64,000 nt of DNA from Alphaproteobacteria bacterium (lineage in GTDB: Bacteria; Pseudomonadota; Alphaproteobacteria; UBA828): positions 320,001 to 384,000 of the forward strand of contig CBDCRW010000006.1 in NCBI GenBank assembly GCA_965221125.1, written 5' to 3'. Below, in pieces: positions 51,159-63,676 of the stretch; the stretch's first letter is position 1; every line of letters starts with the position of its first letter. The translations under genes and the position numbers were made by a program. Below the pieces are notes generated by a model. The model saw only the letters and a list, made by a program, of their open reading frames with translations, was not told where the DNA came from and searched no databases.

Positions 51159-53507
51159 CTAGATTTCGTCGCGGCGCGGCATGCGGTAGCCGACGCGGCG
51201 TTCGGTGAGGATGTAGGTCGGCTTGCTGGTGTCGTCGCCGAGCTTGCCGCGCAGCCGCTTGACGTAGGCGCGCACGAGCTTGGGATTGGCGTGGCTCCGC
51301 CCGCTCCACACCTGGCGCAGCAGCGCATCGTAGGTCGCGACCCGTCCCTGGCCCAGCGAGAGAACGCGCAGCAGATCGTATTCGGTCGCCGTCAGCTCCA
51401 ACTCGCGGCCCGCGAGCGTGACCCTGCGGTGGGCGTAGTCGATCGCGAGTTCCCCCAGGACGAACGGGTCGGGCTCGGCGCGGCGGCGAAGCGCCGCCCC
51501 GATCCGCGCCGTGAGCTCGGTCGGAGAGAAGGGCTTGACCACATAGTCGTCCGCGCCGGCCTGGAGCGCCCGCGCAATGGTCTCGTCGCGCCCGTAGCCG
51601 GAGATGAAGATGACCGGCAGGTCCGCGAGCCCCGGCACCGTCTCCATCAGCTCGATGCCGTCGGTTCCGGGCAGAACCAGGTCGAGCACGACCAGTACGG
51701 GTTTTTCCGCCTCCAGCAGCTCGGCAAGCTGATGATGGTCGGTGGCGACCAGCGGGGCATAGCCCTCTCCGAGCAGCGCGTCGCGCACGAAGCGCAGCAT
51801 CTGCGGGTCGTCGTCCACCACCAGGATGCGCGGACGCTCCCCGGTTCGACGCGCCGCCGCGCGCACGCCCTGCGCCATGCCGGCTTCGTCGCCCGCCTCC
51901 TCGGCGAGCGGCACCGTGAAGGTCACGCGCGCACCCCGCCCCGGCCCCGCGCTCTCGGCCCGGATGCGCCCGCCATGCGCCTCCACCAGGCCCTTGCAGA
52001 TGGCGAGCCCCAGTCCGCCCCCGACACCGGGCCCGCCGTCGCCGGCGCCGCCGTACTTGCGGAACAGGCGCGCCAGGCGCTCCGGCGACATCCCCCGGCC
52101 CTCGTCCACCACCGAGACCGCGACATGCATGCCGTCGCGCTCCGCGACGATACCGATCGGGGCACTCTCCGGGGAGTGCCGCGCGGCGTTGGCGAGCAGG
52201 TTGTTCAGCACCTGCACCATGCGCCCCCGGTCGGCCATCACGCGGGGAAGATCCGCCGGAAGGTCGATGTGCACCGTTTGCCGGCCGTCGCCGGAGAGGA
52301 ACGCAGTGCGCGCCTGCTCGACAAGCTCCCCCACCTCCGTGGGCTCGGGCGCGACCGAGAGCGTGCCGGTGTCGATCCGCCCCGCGTCGAGCAGGTCGCC
52401 GATCAGCCCGCTCATGCGGTCGGCCTGCTCGTCGATGATACGGAAGAACTGCTGCGTCTCCGCGGGGCCGAAGCTCTGCGGGGTGCCCAGCACCGTCGTG
52501 GTGGAACCCTTGATGGCGGCGAGCGGCGTGCGCAGCTCGTGGCTCACCATCCCCAGGAACTCCGCCCGCATCCGGTCGATCGCCTCGAGCGGGGCGAGAT
52601 CCTGCACGGTGACCATCACCGATTCGACCGTGCCGTCCTCGGCATGGATGGGAGTCGCGTTGACCAGCGCGCTGACGCTGCGCCCGTCGGCGGTCGAGAG
52701 CACGACCTCCTCGGCGCGCAACGTCTCGGCGCTCTTCAGCCGTTGGGCCAGAGAGAGGCGGTCGAGTGCGATCTCGCGCCCGTCGGAGAGGCGGCAGGTG
52801 ACCGCCTCGATCATTTCCTCGATTGCGCGTCCGGGTATGCACAGCACTTCGAAGAAGCGTCGGGCCTCGCGGTTGAACACCACCGGCTGGCCGGTGTGCG
52901 GATCGAGCACCACGACGCCGATCGGCGAGGTCTCGACCAGGGCCTCGAGGTCGGCGCGGGCGCGCCGCTCGGCGCGGTAGGTGCGGGCGTTGACGATGGC
53001 GGCCGCTCCCTGGGCTGCGAACAGCAGCAGTGCCTCCTCGTCCTCGTCGGTGAACTCCAGCCCGCCCTCCTTGTCGGCAAGGTAGAAGTTGCCGACCTGC
53101 ACGCCGAGATGGTGCATCGGCGTGCACATCCCGGTGTCGAACGGCTGCAGGTCCCAGGCAAACCCCAGGGACCGCACGAAGGCGCGGAAATCGGAGAGCC
53201 GGAGCGGTCCCGGCAGGTCGCGGAAGCGCTCGAACAGCTGCAGCCTGTCGGGCCACTCCTCCATCCGGCGGCGCTCGTCCTCCGTCATGCCGGAGGTGAC
53301 GAAGTCCTGGGGCGTTCCCGTCTCGTCGAAGGTGACGATGCATCCCTGGCTCGCCCCGGTGAGCGCGCGGGCGCCGTCGATGACCTCGCGCAGCACGGTC
53401 TCGAGGTCGAGGCTCGCGCTGATGCGCAGCAGCGCCTTGCTCAGGGTCGACCGGCGCGACTCGTCGGGCGTCGGGTTCTCGGAGGGCGTGTCGGGCGGTG
53501 CGGTCAT
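51159..53507 (-). CDS. Cytoplasmic all-in-one sensor-regulator: GAF-PAS-HisKA-HATPase-REC-OmpR winged helix
   Basis: GAF (FTDEDEEALLLFAAQ), H-box SHELRTPL, N-box NNLLANA, G-boxes DEGRG and GLGLAICK. REC VVDDD..LDLVLPG..KPF; wHTH LTATEYDLL...LRGKLGDD...GYRM. No TM segment seen. Confidence 0.9.
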   Translation of the reverse strand: MTAPPDTPSENPTPDESRRSTLSKALLRISASLDLETVLREVIDGARALTGASQGCIVTFDETGTPQDFVTSGMTEDERRRMEEWPDRLQLFERFRDLPGPLRLSDFRAFVRSLGFAWDLQPFDTGMCTPMHHLGVQVGNFYLADKEGGLEFTDEDEEALLLFAAQGAAAIVNARTYRAERRARADLEALVETSPIGVVVLDPHTGQPVVFNREARRFFEVLCIPGRAIEEMIEAVTCRLSDGREIALDRLSLAQRLKSAETLRAEEVVLSTADGRSVSALVNATPIHAEDGTVESVMVTVQDLAPLEAIDRMRAEFLGMVSHELRTPLAAIKGSTTTVLGTPQSFGPAETQQFFRIIDEQADRMSGLIGDLLDAGRIDTGTLSVAPEPTEVGELVEQARTAFLSGDGRQTVHIDLPADLPRVMADRGRMVQVLNNLLANAARHSPESAPIGIVAERDGMHVAVSVVDEGRGMSPERLARLFRKYGGAGDGGPGVGGGLGLAICKGLVEAHGGRIRAESAGPGRGARVTFTVPLAEEAGDEAGMAQGVRAAARRTGERPRILVVDDDPQMLRFVRDALLGEGYAPLVATDHHQLAELLEAEKPVLVVLDLVLPGTDGIELMETVPGLADLPVIFISGYGRDETIARALQAGADDYVVKPFSPTELTARIGAALRRRAEPDPFVLGELAIDYAHRRVTLAGRELELTATEYDLLRVLSLGQGRVATYDALLRQVWSGRSHANPKLVRAYVKRLRGKLGDDTSKPTYILTERRVGYRMPRRDEI

Positions 53508-53835
53508 CGGCTGGTCCCTGGCTCTTGATCTGGCGCCCTGCGCGGCTAGCGTGGGGATGGAGGTAAGCGAAGAAAATCGCGAAATATTCGCCTAATAGTC
53601 GTTATTGTGAACGCAACATTCTCATGCACATGAGCGTACTCGCAAGGCATAGATCGTCGACCGCAGCTGTCGGCCGGTATCGGCGGCCATGTCGATCGCG
53701 CACAAGGACGCACAAGGACGACGTGGTGTCCGAGCCCTTCCCGCAGGGCTGGGCGATGCCGTACTTCATGGACCGCATCTAGCGGCAGCGACGCGAACAG
53801 GGGAGACCGGCCGGCGAGGCCGAGACGGCCGCAGA

Positions 53836-54297
53836 TCAGCTCTTGAGAGCGACCACCGCTTCGATCTCGACCGGTATCTGGTTCGGCAGCGAGCCCATGC
53901 CGACCGCCGAGCGCGCGCACCGGCCCGGCTCCCCGAAGATCTCGATCATCAGGTTCGAGAACCCGTCCATGACCCTGGGGTGATGGCGAAAGTCCGGCTC
54001 GGCGTTCACCATGCCGAGGACCTTGACGAAGCGCTCCACCCGGTCGAGGTCGCCGATCGCCGCCTGGAGGCTCGACAGCACGTTTATCCCGACCTGGCGT
54101 GCCGCCTCGACCGCCTCCTCGACGCTCACGTCGGTCGGGACCTTGCCGCTCGGATAGCTGCCGTCCTCGCGGCGCGGCCCGTGGCCTGCCACGAACACGA
54201 GGTTGCCGGCGACGACCGCGCCGACATAGGCGCCCAAGGGCGGAAGCGGCGGCGGCAAGGCGATGCCGAGCGTCGCCAGCCGTGCGTCGATGCTCAT
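53836..54297 (-). CDS. RidA/YjgF family protein
   Basis: RLATLGIALP, VFVAGHGP, HPRVMDGFS and ARSAVGMGSLPNQIPVEIE. Confidence 0.9.
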   Translation of the reverse strand: MSIDARLATLGIALPPPLPPLGAYVGAVVAGNLVFVAGHGPRREDGSYPSGKVPTDVSVEEAVEAARQVGINVLSSLQAAIGDLDRVERFVKVLGMVNAEPDFRHHPRVMDGFSNLMIEIFGEPGRCARSAVGMGSLPNQIPVEIEAVVALKS

Positions 54298-54320
54298 GTC
54301 GCTTGCTCCTCGGTTCCGGG

Positions 54321-56030
54321 TCAGTCGTCCTCGCCTGCGGGCGGATTGGACAGGCGATCCAGCATGTCGGCCAGGCGGCCGGGATCGGCGCCCGGCATGC
54401 CGATCTCCTTGAGCAGCGCATCCACGATCGGCGCCTGCGCCCGGTATCGCAGCGCGCTGTCGGTGAGCTGCTCGGCATAATTGCCCGGCCCGCCGCCCTC
54501 GCCCCGGCTGCCGCCGGCGCCGGCACCGAGGCCATCGACGTGCACGATCTTGATCCCCTCGATGTTCTCGAGCGGCTTGACGGTCTCGCCGATGATCTCC
54601 TGCAGCCGCTCGATGATCGCCATCTTGACCTTGAGCTCGATCAGCGCGGGCGTGAGCGCGGTATCGGCTTCGTGCATGGCGCGTTGGGCCTTGGCCTCTA
54701 CCGTGCTGCGCACGTCCGCGGCCTCGGCACGCTGCTTCTCGGCCTCCGTCTCGGCGAGCGCGAGAAGGCGCACGCGGTTCGCCTCACTCTCGGTCTGGAT
54801 CTGGCTGGTCTCGGCCTGCTCGATGGCCGCCTGGCGCCGCGCCTCGGCGGAGACCACGACGTCCACCGCGCTGCGTTCCGCCTCCTGGCGGGCGGCGACC
54901 AGCTCGATCGCCTTCTGGCGCTCGGCGCGTTCCACCTCGCGCACCGTGGTGACCGTCTCGCTCGCGCGCACGGCCTCCGAGCGGGCCGTCTCGGCTTCGG
55001 CCTGGGCGCGCGACTGGTCCTTCGAGCGCTCGGCCACCGAGATGTCCCGCTCGAAGCGGGCCAGCTCGATGGTGGCGTCGCGGGCGATCTCGTGCTCGCG
55101 CACCTTCTGCTCGGAATCGAGACGCGCCTCGCTGACGATGCGCTCGGAGGTGAGCTGCGTCAGTTCAATCTGCTCGCGCGCATTGACCCGGGATTCTTCC
55201 ACGTGGCGGTCGCGCTCCGCCTCGCCGGCCGCGATCTCCGACTTCTGCTGCGCGCGCCGGAGCGCGATCTCCTTCTGCTGCTGCAGGCGCGCGTGCTCCT
55301 CCTGCTTCGCGATCTCCAGCTTGAGGCGCTCCGCTTCCAGGTTCTTCTCCTGAATCGCGACCTCGGCGTCCTGCTCGATCTCGTTGCGCGCCCGGCGCCG
55401 CGTCTCGATCTCCGCGGTGAGCTTGGTCAGGCCCTCGGCGTCGAAGGCATTGTTGGGGTTGAAGTGCTCGCGGCTCGCCTGGTCGAGGCCGGTGAGCGAG
55501 ATCGATTCCAGCTCCAGGCCGTTGTGCTCGATTTCCCCGGCCAGCGCCTCCCGCACCGTGCGGACGAAGTCGATGCGCTGCTCGTGCAGCTGCTGCATGT
55601 CCCGCTCGGCCGCGACCGCGCGCAGCGCATCGACGAACTTGCCTTCCAGCAGCGGCCGCAGCTGCTCTGCTTCGAGGGTCCTCGAGCCCAGGGTTTGCGC
55701 CGCGGCGGCGATCGCCTCGGCGTTGGGCCGGACGCGGACGAAGAACTCCGCCGTGACGTTCACCCGCATGCGATCGCGGGTGATCAGCGCGTGCTCGTTC
55801 CCGCGCGCGAGGTCCAGCAGCACGGTCTTCATGTTGACAGGCGTGGTGTTGTGCAGGACCGGCAGAACGAAGGCGCCGCTGTTCATGACGACCTTCTCGC
55901 CGCCGAGGCCGGTGCGCACGAACGACATCTCCTTCGATGCGCGCTCGTAGAGCCACCAGAACAGGAGCCACGCGATCCCGATGACGGCAAGGATCACGAC
56001 GATGATCAGGACTATGCCGCCCGCGCCCAT
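54321..56030 (-). CDS. Flotillin/SPFH family protein (YqiK-like)
   Basis: N-terminal TM helix, FVRTGLGGEKVV, LITRDRMRV, NGLELESISLT, FNPNNAFDAEGLT, AEA-rich coiled coil and KPLENIEGIKI. Confidence 0.9.
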   Translation of the reverse strand: MGAGGIVLIIVVILAVIGIAWLLFWWLYERASKEMSFVRTGLGGEKVVMNSGAFVLPVLHNTTPVNMKTVLLDLARGNEHALITRDRMRVNVTAEFFVRVRPNAEAIAAAAQTLGSRTLEAEQLRPLLEGKFVDALRAVAAERDMQQLHEQRIDFVRTVREALAGEIEHNGLELESISLTGLDQASREHFNPNNAFDAEGLTKLTAEIETRRRARNEIEQDAEVAIQEKNLEAERLKLEIAKQEEHARLQQQKEIALRRAQQKSEIAAGEAERDRHVEESRVNAREQIELTQLTSERIVSEARLDSEQKVREHEIARDATIELARFERDISVAERSKDQSRAQAEAETARSEAVRASETVTTVREVERAERQKAIELVAARQEAERSAVDVVVSAEARRQAAIEQAETSQIQTESEANRVRLLALAETEAEKQRAEAADVRSTVEAKAQRAMHEADTALTPALIELKVKMAIIERLQEIIGETVKPLENIEGIKIVHVDGLGAGAGGSRGEGGGPGNYAEQLTDSALRYRAQAPIVDALLKEIGMPGADPGRLADMLDRLSNPPAGEDD

Positions 56031-56198
56031 TGTCTCGACCTCCCTTGTCGCGGTTGTGGCCGCTCGGCCGGCGGCCGCCCGCTGTTGCTGAAACTATTAC
56101 GGAACTTGTCCCGGCATGCCACCCTCAATACCCTGCCGGACTGCATGACGGCGGGCGGATTTCGCGATTAGCCGCCCGAACGAGCCGCGAAGGCAGGC

Positions 56199-57672
56199 AT
56201 GGCGACACGAGCGCGAGAGATCGCCCCTGACGTTCGAGAGCTGAGCAATTACGTCGGTGGCCGGTTCGAGGCGACCGGCTCGCTCTTCGATGACGTGACG
56301 CCGGTGAACGGCACGTGCGTCGCGCGGGTCCACGAGGCCGACGAGGCGCTCATCGACGCTGCGGTCCACGCCGCGCGCGGCGCCTTCGAGGGTGCGTGGC
56401 GGGCGCTGCCGATGGCCGAGCGCTGTGCCCTCCTTCACAAGGTCGCCGACGGCATCGAGGCGCGTTTCGACGAATTCCTCGCGGCGGAAGTGGCCGACAC
56501 CGGCAAGCCGGCGCAGGTCGCGCGTCAGATCGACATCCCGCGCGGCGCGGCTAACTTCCGCCTGTTCGCCGATCTGGCCAAGACGGCGGGAACCGATTGC
56601 TTCGAGATGGATACGCCCGATGGCCGCGGCGCGCTCAATTACTCGGTGCGCGAGCCCCACGGCGTGGTGGGCGTCATCGCGCCCTGGAACCTGCCGCTGC
56701 TTCTGCTCACCTGGAAGGTCGCGCCGACGCTCGCGAGCGGGAACACGGTGATCGCCAAGCCCTCCGAGGAGACGCCGGCGACGGCGACCCTGCTTGCCGA
56801 GGTGATGGACGCTGCCGGCGTGCCGCCCGGCGTGTTCAACGTGGTCCACGGCTTCGGGCCGAATTCCGCGGGCGAATGGCTCTCTCGTCACCCCGGCATC
56901 GACGCGCTCACCTTCACCGGCGAGAGCAGGACCGGCACCGCCATCATGAAGGCCGCCGCCGATACCGTGAAGCCGCTCTCCTTCGAGCTTGGCGGCAAGA
57001 ACGCGGCCGTCATCTTCGCCGATGCGGATTTCGAGGCGGCGGTCGAAGGCACCACGCGGTCGGTGTTCGCCAATTGCGGGCAGGTGTGCCTCTGTTCGGA
57101 GCGGGTCTACGTGGAGCGCCCCATCTACGAGCGCTTCGTCGACGCCCTGAAGGTGCAGGCAGAGGCGCTGGTCCCGGCCGATCCCTGGGCCGACGACTGC
57201 ACGCTGGGGCCGCTCATCTCGGCCGAGCATCGCACCAAGGTTCTGGGCTACTACGATCTCGCGAGAGATGAGGGCGCGGAGGTGGTGACCGGCGGGGGCG
57301 TGCCCAGCTTCGGCGACGCCCGCGACGCCGGCAGCTACGTGGAGCCGACCATCTGGACCGGCCTCGACGACACCGCGCGCGCGATGCGGGAGGAGATTTT
57401 TGGGCCCGTCTGCCACATCGCGCCGTTCGACAGCGAGGACGAGGCGGTCGCCCGCGCCAACGACAGCGACTACGGCCTGGCGACGGCCATCTGGACCCGC
57501 GACCTCGCGCGCGCGCACCGCGTGGCGCGGCGCATCCAGGCGGGGATCTGCTGGGTCAATTGCTGGTTTCTCCGCGATCTCAGAACGCCCTTCGGCGGCG
57601 TCAAGCTCTCCGGAATCGGCCGCGAGGGCGGGCTCCACTCGCTCAACTTCTACGCCGAGCAGAAGAACATCT

Positions 57673-57686
<14 letters not shown>
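56199..57686 (+). CDS. amnC: 2-aminomuconic/2-hydroxymuconic semialdehyde dehydrogenase
   Basis: IDIPRGAANF, PWNLPLLLLTWK, FTGE, ELGGKN, GQVCLC, EEIFGP and WVNCWFLRDLRTPFGG; adjacent to 2-aminophenol dioxygenase. Confidence 0.85.
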
Positions 57687-59081
<1,395 letters not shown>

Positions 59082-59112
59082 CGATGGCGCCCGCGAGACC
59101 GGCCGCACGATC

Positions 59113-59925
59113 ATGACGCTCGCCGCCGCGTTCCTGGTTCCGGGCTCGCCGCTTCCCTACCTGCGCAAGGACAATCCGCCCTGGCTCGGCCTCGCCGCCG
59201 GCTACGAGAAGGCGGCGCGCGCGCTGGCCGCTGCCCGCCCGGACGTGGTGCTGCTCTACTCCACCCAGTGGGTGGCCGTGCTGGACCAGCTCTGGCAGAC
59301 GCGGCCGCGCCTGCAGGGCGAGCATGTCGACGAGAACTGGTACGCGTTCGGCGAATTGCCGTTCGACCTGCACATCGATACCGCGCTTGCGCAGTCCTGC
59401 GTCGAGAACGCCAATGCGCTGGGGCTGGCCTCCAAGGCCGTGGACTACGACGCCTTCCCGGTCGATACCGGGACCATCGTCGCCAGCAACTGCCTCGATC
59501 CCGAGGGCGCGCGGCGGTTCACGCTGGCCGCCAACAACCTCTACCACGACTTCGAGACGACCCGGCGCGTCGCCACCGTCGCCGGCGAGGCCGCGAGCGC
59601 GCAGGGCAAGCGCTTCGCCGTGGTCGGTGTGGGCGGGCTGTCGGGCACCATTTTCCGCGAAGAGATCGACATCGCCGACGATCGGATCGCGAGCGACGAG
59701 GACGATCGCTGGAACCGGCACATGCTGAGCTTGCTGGAGAAGGGCGAGACGCAGCAGGTCGACCGGGAGTGCGCCGATTACGTGCAGGCAGCGAAGGTCG
59801 ACATGGGCTTCAAGCACCTTGCGTGGATCCAGGGTGCGACGGGCGGGCGGTACTACGGCGCGCGCGTACACGCCTACGGCCCCACCTACGGGGCGGGTGC
59901 GGCGGTCGTCGAGTTCAAGGTGTAG
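59113..59925 (+). CDS. amnA: 2-aminophenol 1,6-dioxygenase alpha subunit
   Basis: AFLVPGSPLP, YSTQW.AVLDQLWQ, VDENWY, FPVDTG, ANNLYH and KVDMGFKH; lacks the Fe-binding His of the beta subunit. Confidence 0.88.
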   Translation: MTLAAAFLVPGSPLPYLRKDNPPWLGLAAGYEKAARALAAARPDVVLLYSTQWVAVLDQLWQTRPRLQGEHVDENWYAFGELPFDLHIDTALAQSCVENANALGLASKAVDYDAFPVDTGTIVASNCLDPEGARRFTLAANNLYHDFETTRRVATVAGEAASAQGKRFAVVGVGGLSGTIFREEIDIADDRIASDEDDRWNRHMLSLLEKGETQQVDRECADYVQAAKVDMGFKHLAWIQGATGGRYYGARVHAYGPTYGAGAAVVEFKV

Positions 59926-59953
59926 TAAACCGAAAACGGACGGGGAGAAGACA

Positions 59954-61213
59954 ATGAGAAAGATACTCTTGCTTGCGGCGTTCGCGATGGTTGCCGCGAC
60001 GTCGTTCTGGCAGGCCGCGCCGGCGCAGGCGGCTGACGATTGCGTCGTCACCGTGGGCCGGGTCGTGCCGCTCACCGGGCCCTTGCTGGACATGGGCCGC
60101 GAGACGCCCTGGCTCGACCACAACAAGGTCGACCCGATCAACGCGGCCGGCGGCCTGCAGGTCGGCGATCAGCAGTGCAGGATCGAGTTCAAGATCTTCG
60201 ATTCGAAGGGCACGATGGCCGGCTCCGGCGAGGCGGCGACGCGGGCGATCCTGGACGACAAGGTGGACGTGGTCTTCGCGCAGGGCACGCCCGACACGAC
60301 AAACGCGCCGTCGGACCTGTGCGAGCGCTACGAGGTGCCCTGCATCACGTCGAACACGCCTGTCGAGGCATGGCTGTTCGGCCCCGACGGCAAGCCGAAG
60401 ACCTACAGCTACACCTATCACTTCTTCTTCGGCGTGCCCGATCTCGTCGCCAACCACGTCGGCATGATCAAGTCGCTGCCAGGCGGCTTCAACGGCAAGA
60501 TCGGCTACCTCTATCCCAACGATCCCGACGGCGTGGTGTTCGCGAGCCTGTTCGACCCGACCTTCAAGGGCGAGGGCTGGGAGCCGATCGATCCCGGCCG
60601 CTTCGAGCAGGGCATCCCCGACTTCTCCGCGATCATCAACAAGTTCAAGCGCGGCAGGGTCGAGGTCGTGACCGGCGTGCTGGCCCCGCCCGATCTGCAG
60701 AACTACCTGCAGCAGGCGGCGCAGGCGGGCTTCAAGCCGCGCATGTACATCATCGACAAGGCCACCGGCTATCCGGAGGCGATGCGGGCGCTCGGCGAAT
60801 TCGGCATCGACATCCTGAGCGTGAACTTCTGGTCGCCGGCCTATCCGGGGTCGTCGAAGTACGGCGGCTACTCGGGCCAGGGACTGGTCGACGCCTACGA
60901 GAGCGCCAACCCGGACAAGTACTATTCGCCGCCGCTGGCTTACACGGACGCCTCCTACGACGTCCTGTTCGACGCCCTGCAGCGGGCGGGCACGACCGAT
61001 CGCGCGGCGCTTCTCGCGGCCTTGGCCGAGACCGACCTCGAGACCGTCGTCGGTCAGGTCAAGTTCAACGAGCAGCACTATTCGGTTCAGCCGCTGGGCG
61101 GCGCGCAATGGCGCGTCGACGAGGAGACCGACCGCTGGGTCAAGGACAACGTCTACAACGCCGTCTACCCGGACGTGCAGAAAACCGCGGAGATGCGTCT
61201 CTACCAGCAATAG
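59954..61213 (+). CDS. Branched-chain (Liv-type) ABC substrate-binding protein
   Basis: Signal peptide, VGRVVPLTGPL, INAAGGL, YPNDPDG, DFSAII and ETVVGQVKF. Confidence 0.88.
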   Translation: MRKILLLAAFAMVAATSFWQAAPAQAADDCVVTVGRVVPLTGPLLDMGRETPWLDHNKVDPINAAGGLQVGDQQCRIEFKIFDSKGTMAGSGEAATRAILDDKVDVVFAQGTPDTTNAPSDLCERYEVPCITSNTPVEAWLFGPDGKPKTYSYTYHFFFGVPDLVANHVGMIKSLPGGFNGKIGYLYPNDPDGVVFASLFDPTFKGEGWEPIDPGRFEQGIPDFSAIINKFKRGRVEVVTGVLAPPDLQNYLQQAAQAGFKPRMYIIDKATGYPEAMRALGEFGIDILSVNFWSPAYPGSSKYGGYSGQGLVDAYESANPDKYYSPPLAYTDASYDVLFDALQRAGTTDRAALLAALAETDLETVVGQVKFNEQHYSVQPLGGAQWRVDEETDRWVKDNVYNAVYPDVQKTAEMRLYQQ

Positions 61214-61294
61214 CGGAGTGGGGTGGCGGCGGCCTCCGCCGCCGCCTTCCCGTCTCTGGCGTTCCTTTCGCAAGTCCGTGCTCGGTCCGACAGG

Positions 61295-61991
<697 letters not shown>

Positions 61992-62011
<20 letters not shown>

Positions 62012-62759
62012 GGATGACGGGCCGCTTCTGAGGGTCGCGGGTCTTTCCGCCTACTACGGTGAGCTTCGCGCGCTCACCAACATCGGCTTCGAGATCGAGC
62101 GCGGGGAGATTCTCTCGATCATCGGCGCCAACGGCGCCGGCAAGACGACTCTCCTGAAGTCCCTGGTGGGCCTGATGAGCCGGGGGCGCCTGTCCCGCAT
62201 CGAGGGGCGGATCGAATTCGAAGGCCGCGCCGTCGAGCACCTGTCCACCGAGGACATCGTCAACGCCGGCATGGCGCTGGTGCCCGAGGGCCGCCGCCTG
62301 TTCTCCCGCCTTTCGGTGCAGGAGAACCTCATGGCGGGCGCCTATCTGCCCCGCTGCCGAGGCACGCTGAAGGAGCGCCTCGACGAGATCTTCGCGTTGT
62401 TTCCCGTGCTCGCCGAGCGGCGCCGGCAGATCGTCTCGCAGATGTCCGGCGGCGAGCAGCAGATGGTGGCGATCGGGCGGGCGCTGATGTCGTCGCCGAC
62501 CCTGATCCTGTTCGACGAGCTGTCGCTCGGCCTTGCGCCTTCGGTGGTCGACGACATCTACCGCAAGGTCCGGCAGATTCACGAGCTCGGCGTGACCGCA
62601 ATCGTGATCGAGCAGGACATGAAGCGTGCGCTCCGCGTTGCATCGCACGTGTTCGTCATGCTCGAGGGCCACGTCGTGCTGGAAGCCAGGCCGGAGGACG
62701 TCACGGAGGAGCAGGTCAGCGCCGCCTACTTCGGCACGGAAATAGAAGGCTTCGGCTGA
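61992..62759 (+). CDS. Liv-type ABC ATP-binding protein (LivF-like)
   Basis: GANGAGKTT, VPEGRRLF, MSGGEQQM, DELSLGLAP and IEQ. Confidence 0.9.
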
Positions 62760-63676
62760 TGAGCGAGGATCTCTACTGGTCGCTCATAGACATCGCCAAC
62801 GGCCTTCTCTCGGGCACGATGCTCGGCGGCTACTACGCCATCATCAGCCTCGGTCTCGCACTGGTGTTCGGCGTCATGCGCCTGGTCAACCTGGCACACG
62901 GCGACTGGCTGATCGTCGCCGCCTACATCGCCGCGGTGATCGTTCAGTTCCTCGGCTTCCCGCCCTTCGCCTCGTTGATCGTCGTCGTCCCGGCCATGTT
63001 CGCGATCGGCTATGCGCTGCAGCGCTACGTGCTGAACCGGGTCTCGGTCCAGGCGATGGAAGAGAAGGGCATGTCGTCCGGCTTCGGGCTCATGTCGCCC
63101 ATCCTGGTGACCTTCGGCATGTCCATTGTGCTCGCGCACGCGCTGCTCGGAATCTTCGCCTCCGACGCCACGGTCATCAAGAACGCGCTGAGCTACTCGG
63201 CGATCCGGCTCACGCAGGATCTCAGCATCTCGACCCTCCGCCTGATCTTCTTCGGCATTGCCGGCGCGATCCTGGCGGGGGTTCACCTGTTCCTGCACCG
63301 CAGCCACGCGGGGCGCGCAATCCGCGCGGCGTCGGACGACCCGGAGGTCGCTTCGCTGATGGGCATGCGGACGGAGCGCATCTACGCGCTGGCGAGCGCG
63401 ATCTCTCTCGCGGTCGCGGGCGTTGCCGGAGTCGCGGTCGGCATGTCGCGCACCTTTCAGCCGTTCGACGGGCCGCAGTTCCTGCTGATCGCGTTCGGCG
63501 TGGTCATCGTCGGCGGGCTCGGGTCGATCGCCGGCAGCCTGGTCGGCGGAGTCCTGCTCGGCATCACGCAGGTTCTCGCCGGGACCTACTTCGGCCCCTC
63601 GGCGCAGCTCGTCGCCGGCTACATGCTGATCCTCTTCGTGCTCGCGGTGCGCCCGCAAGGGCTCTTCTCGCGATGA
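62759..63676 (+). CDS. Liv-type ABC permease (LivH-like)
   Basis: GLALVFGVMRLVNLAHG, GRAIRA, GGLGS and RPQGLF. Confidence 0.9.
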   Translation: MSEDLYWSLIDIANGLLSGTMLGGYYAIISLGLALVFGVMRLVNLAHGDWLIVAAYIAAVIVQFLGFPPFASLIVVVPAMFAIGYALQRYVLNRVSVQAMEEKGMSSGFGLMSPILVTFGMSIVLAHALLGIFASDATVIKNALSYSAIRLTQDLSISTLRLIFFGIAGAILAGVHLFLHRSHAGRAIRAASDDPEVASLMGMRTERIYALASAISLAVAGVAGVAVGMSRTFQPFDGPQFLLIAFGVVIVGGLGSIAGSLVGGVLLGITQVLAGTYFGPSAQLVAGYMLILFVLAVRPQGLFSR

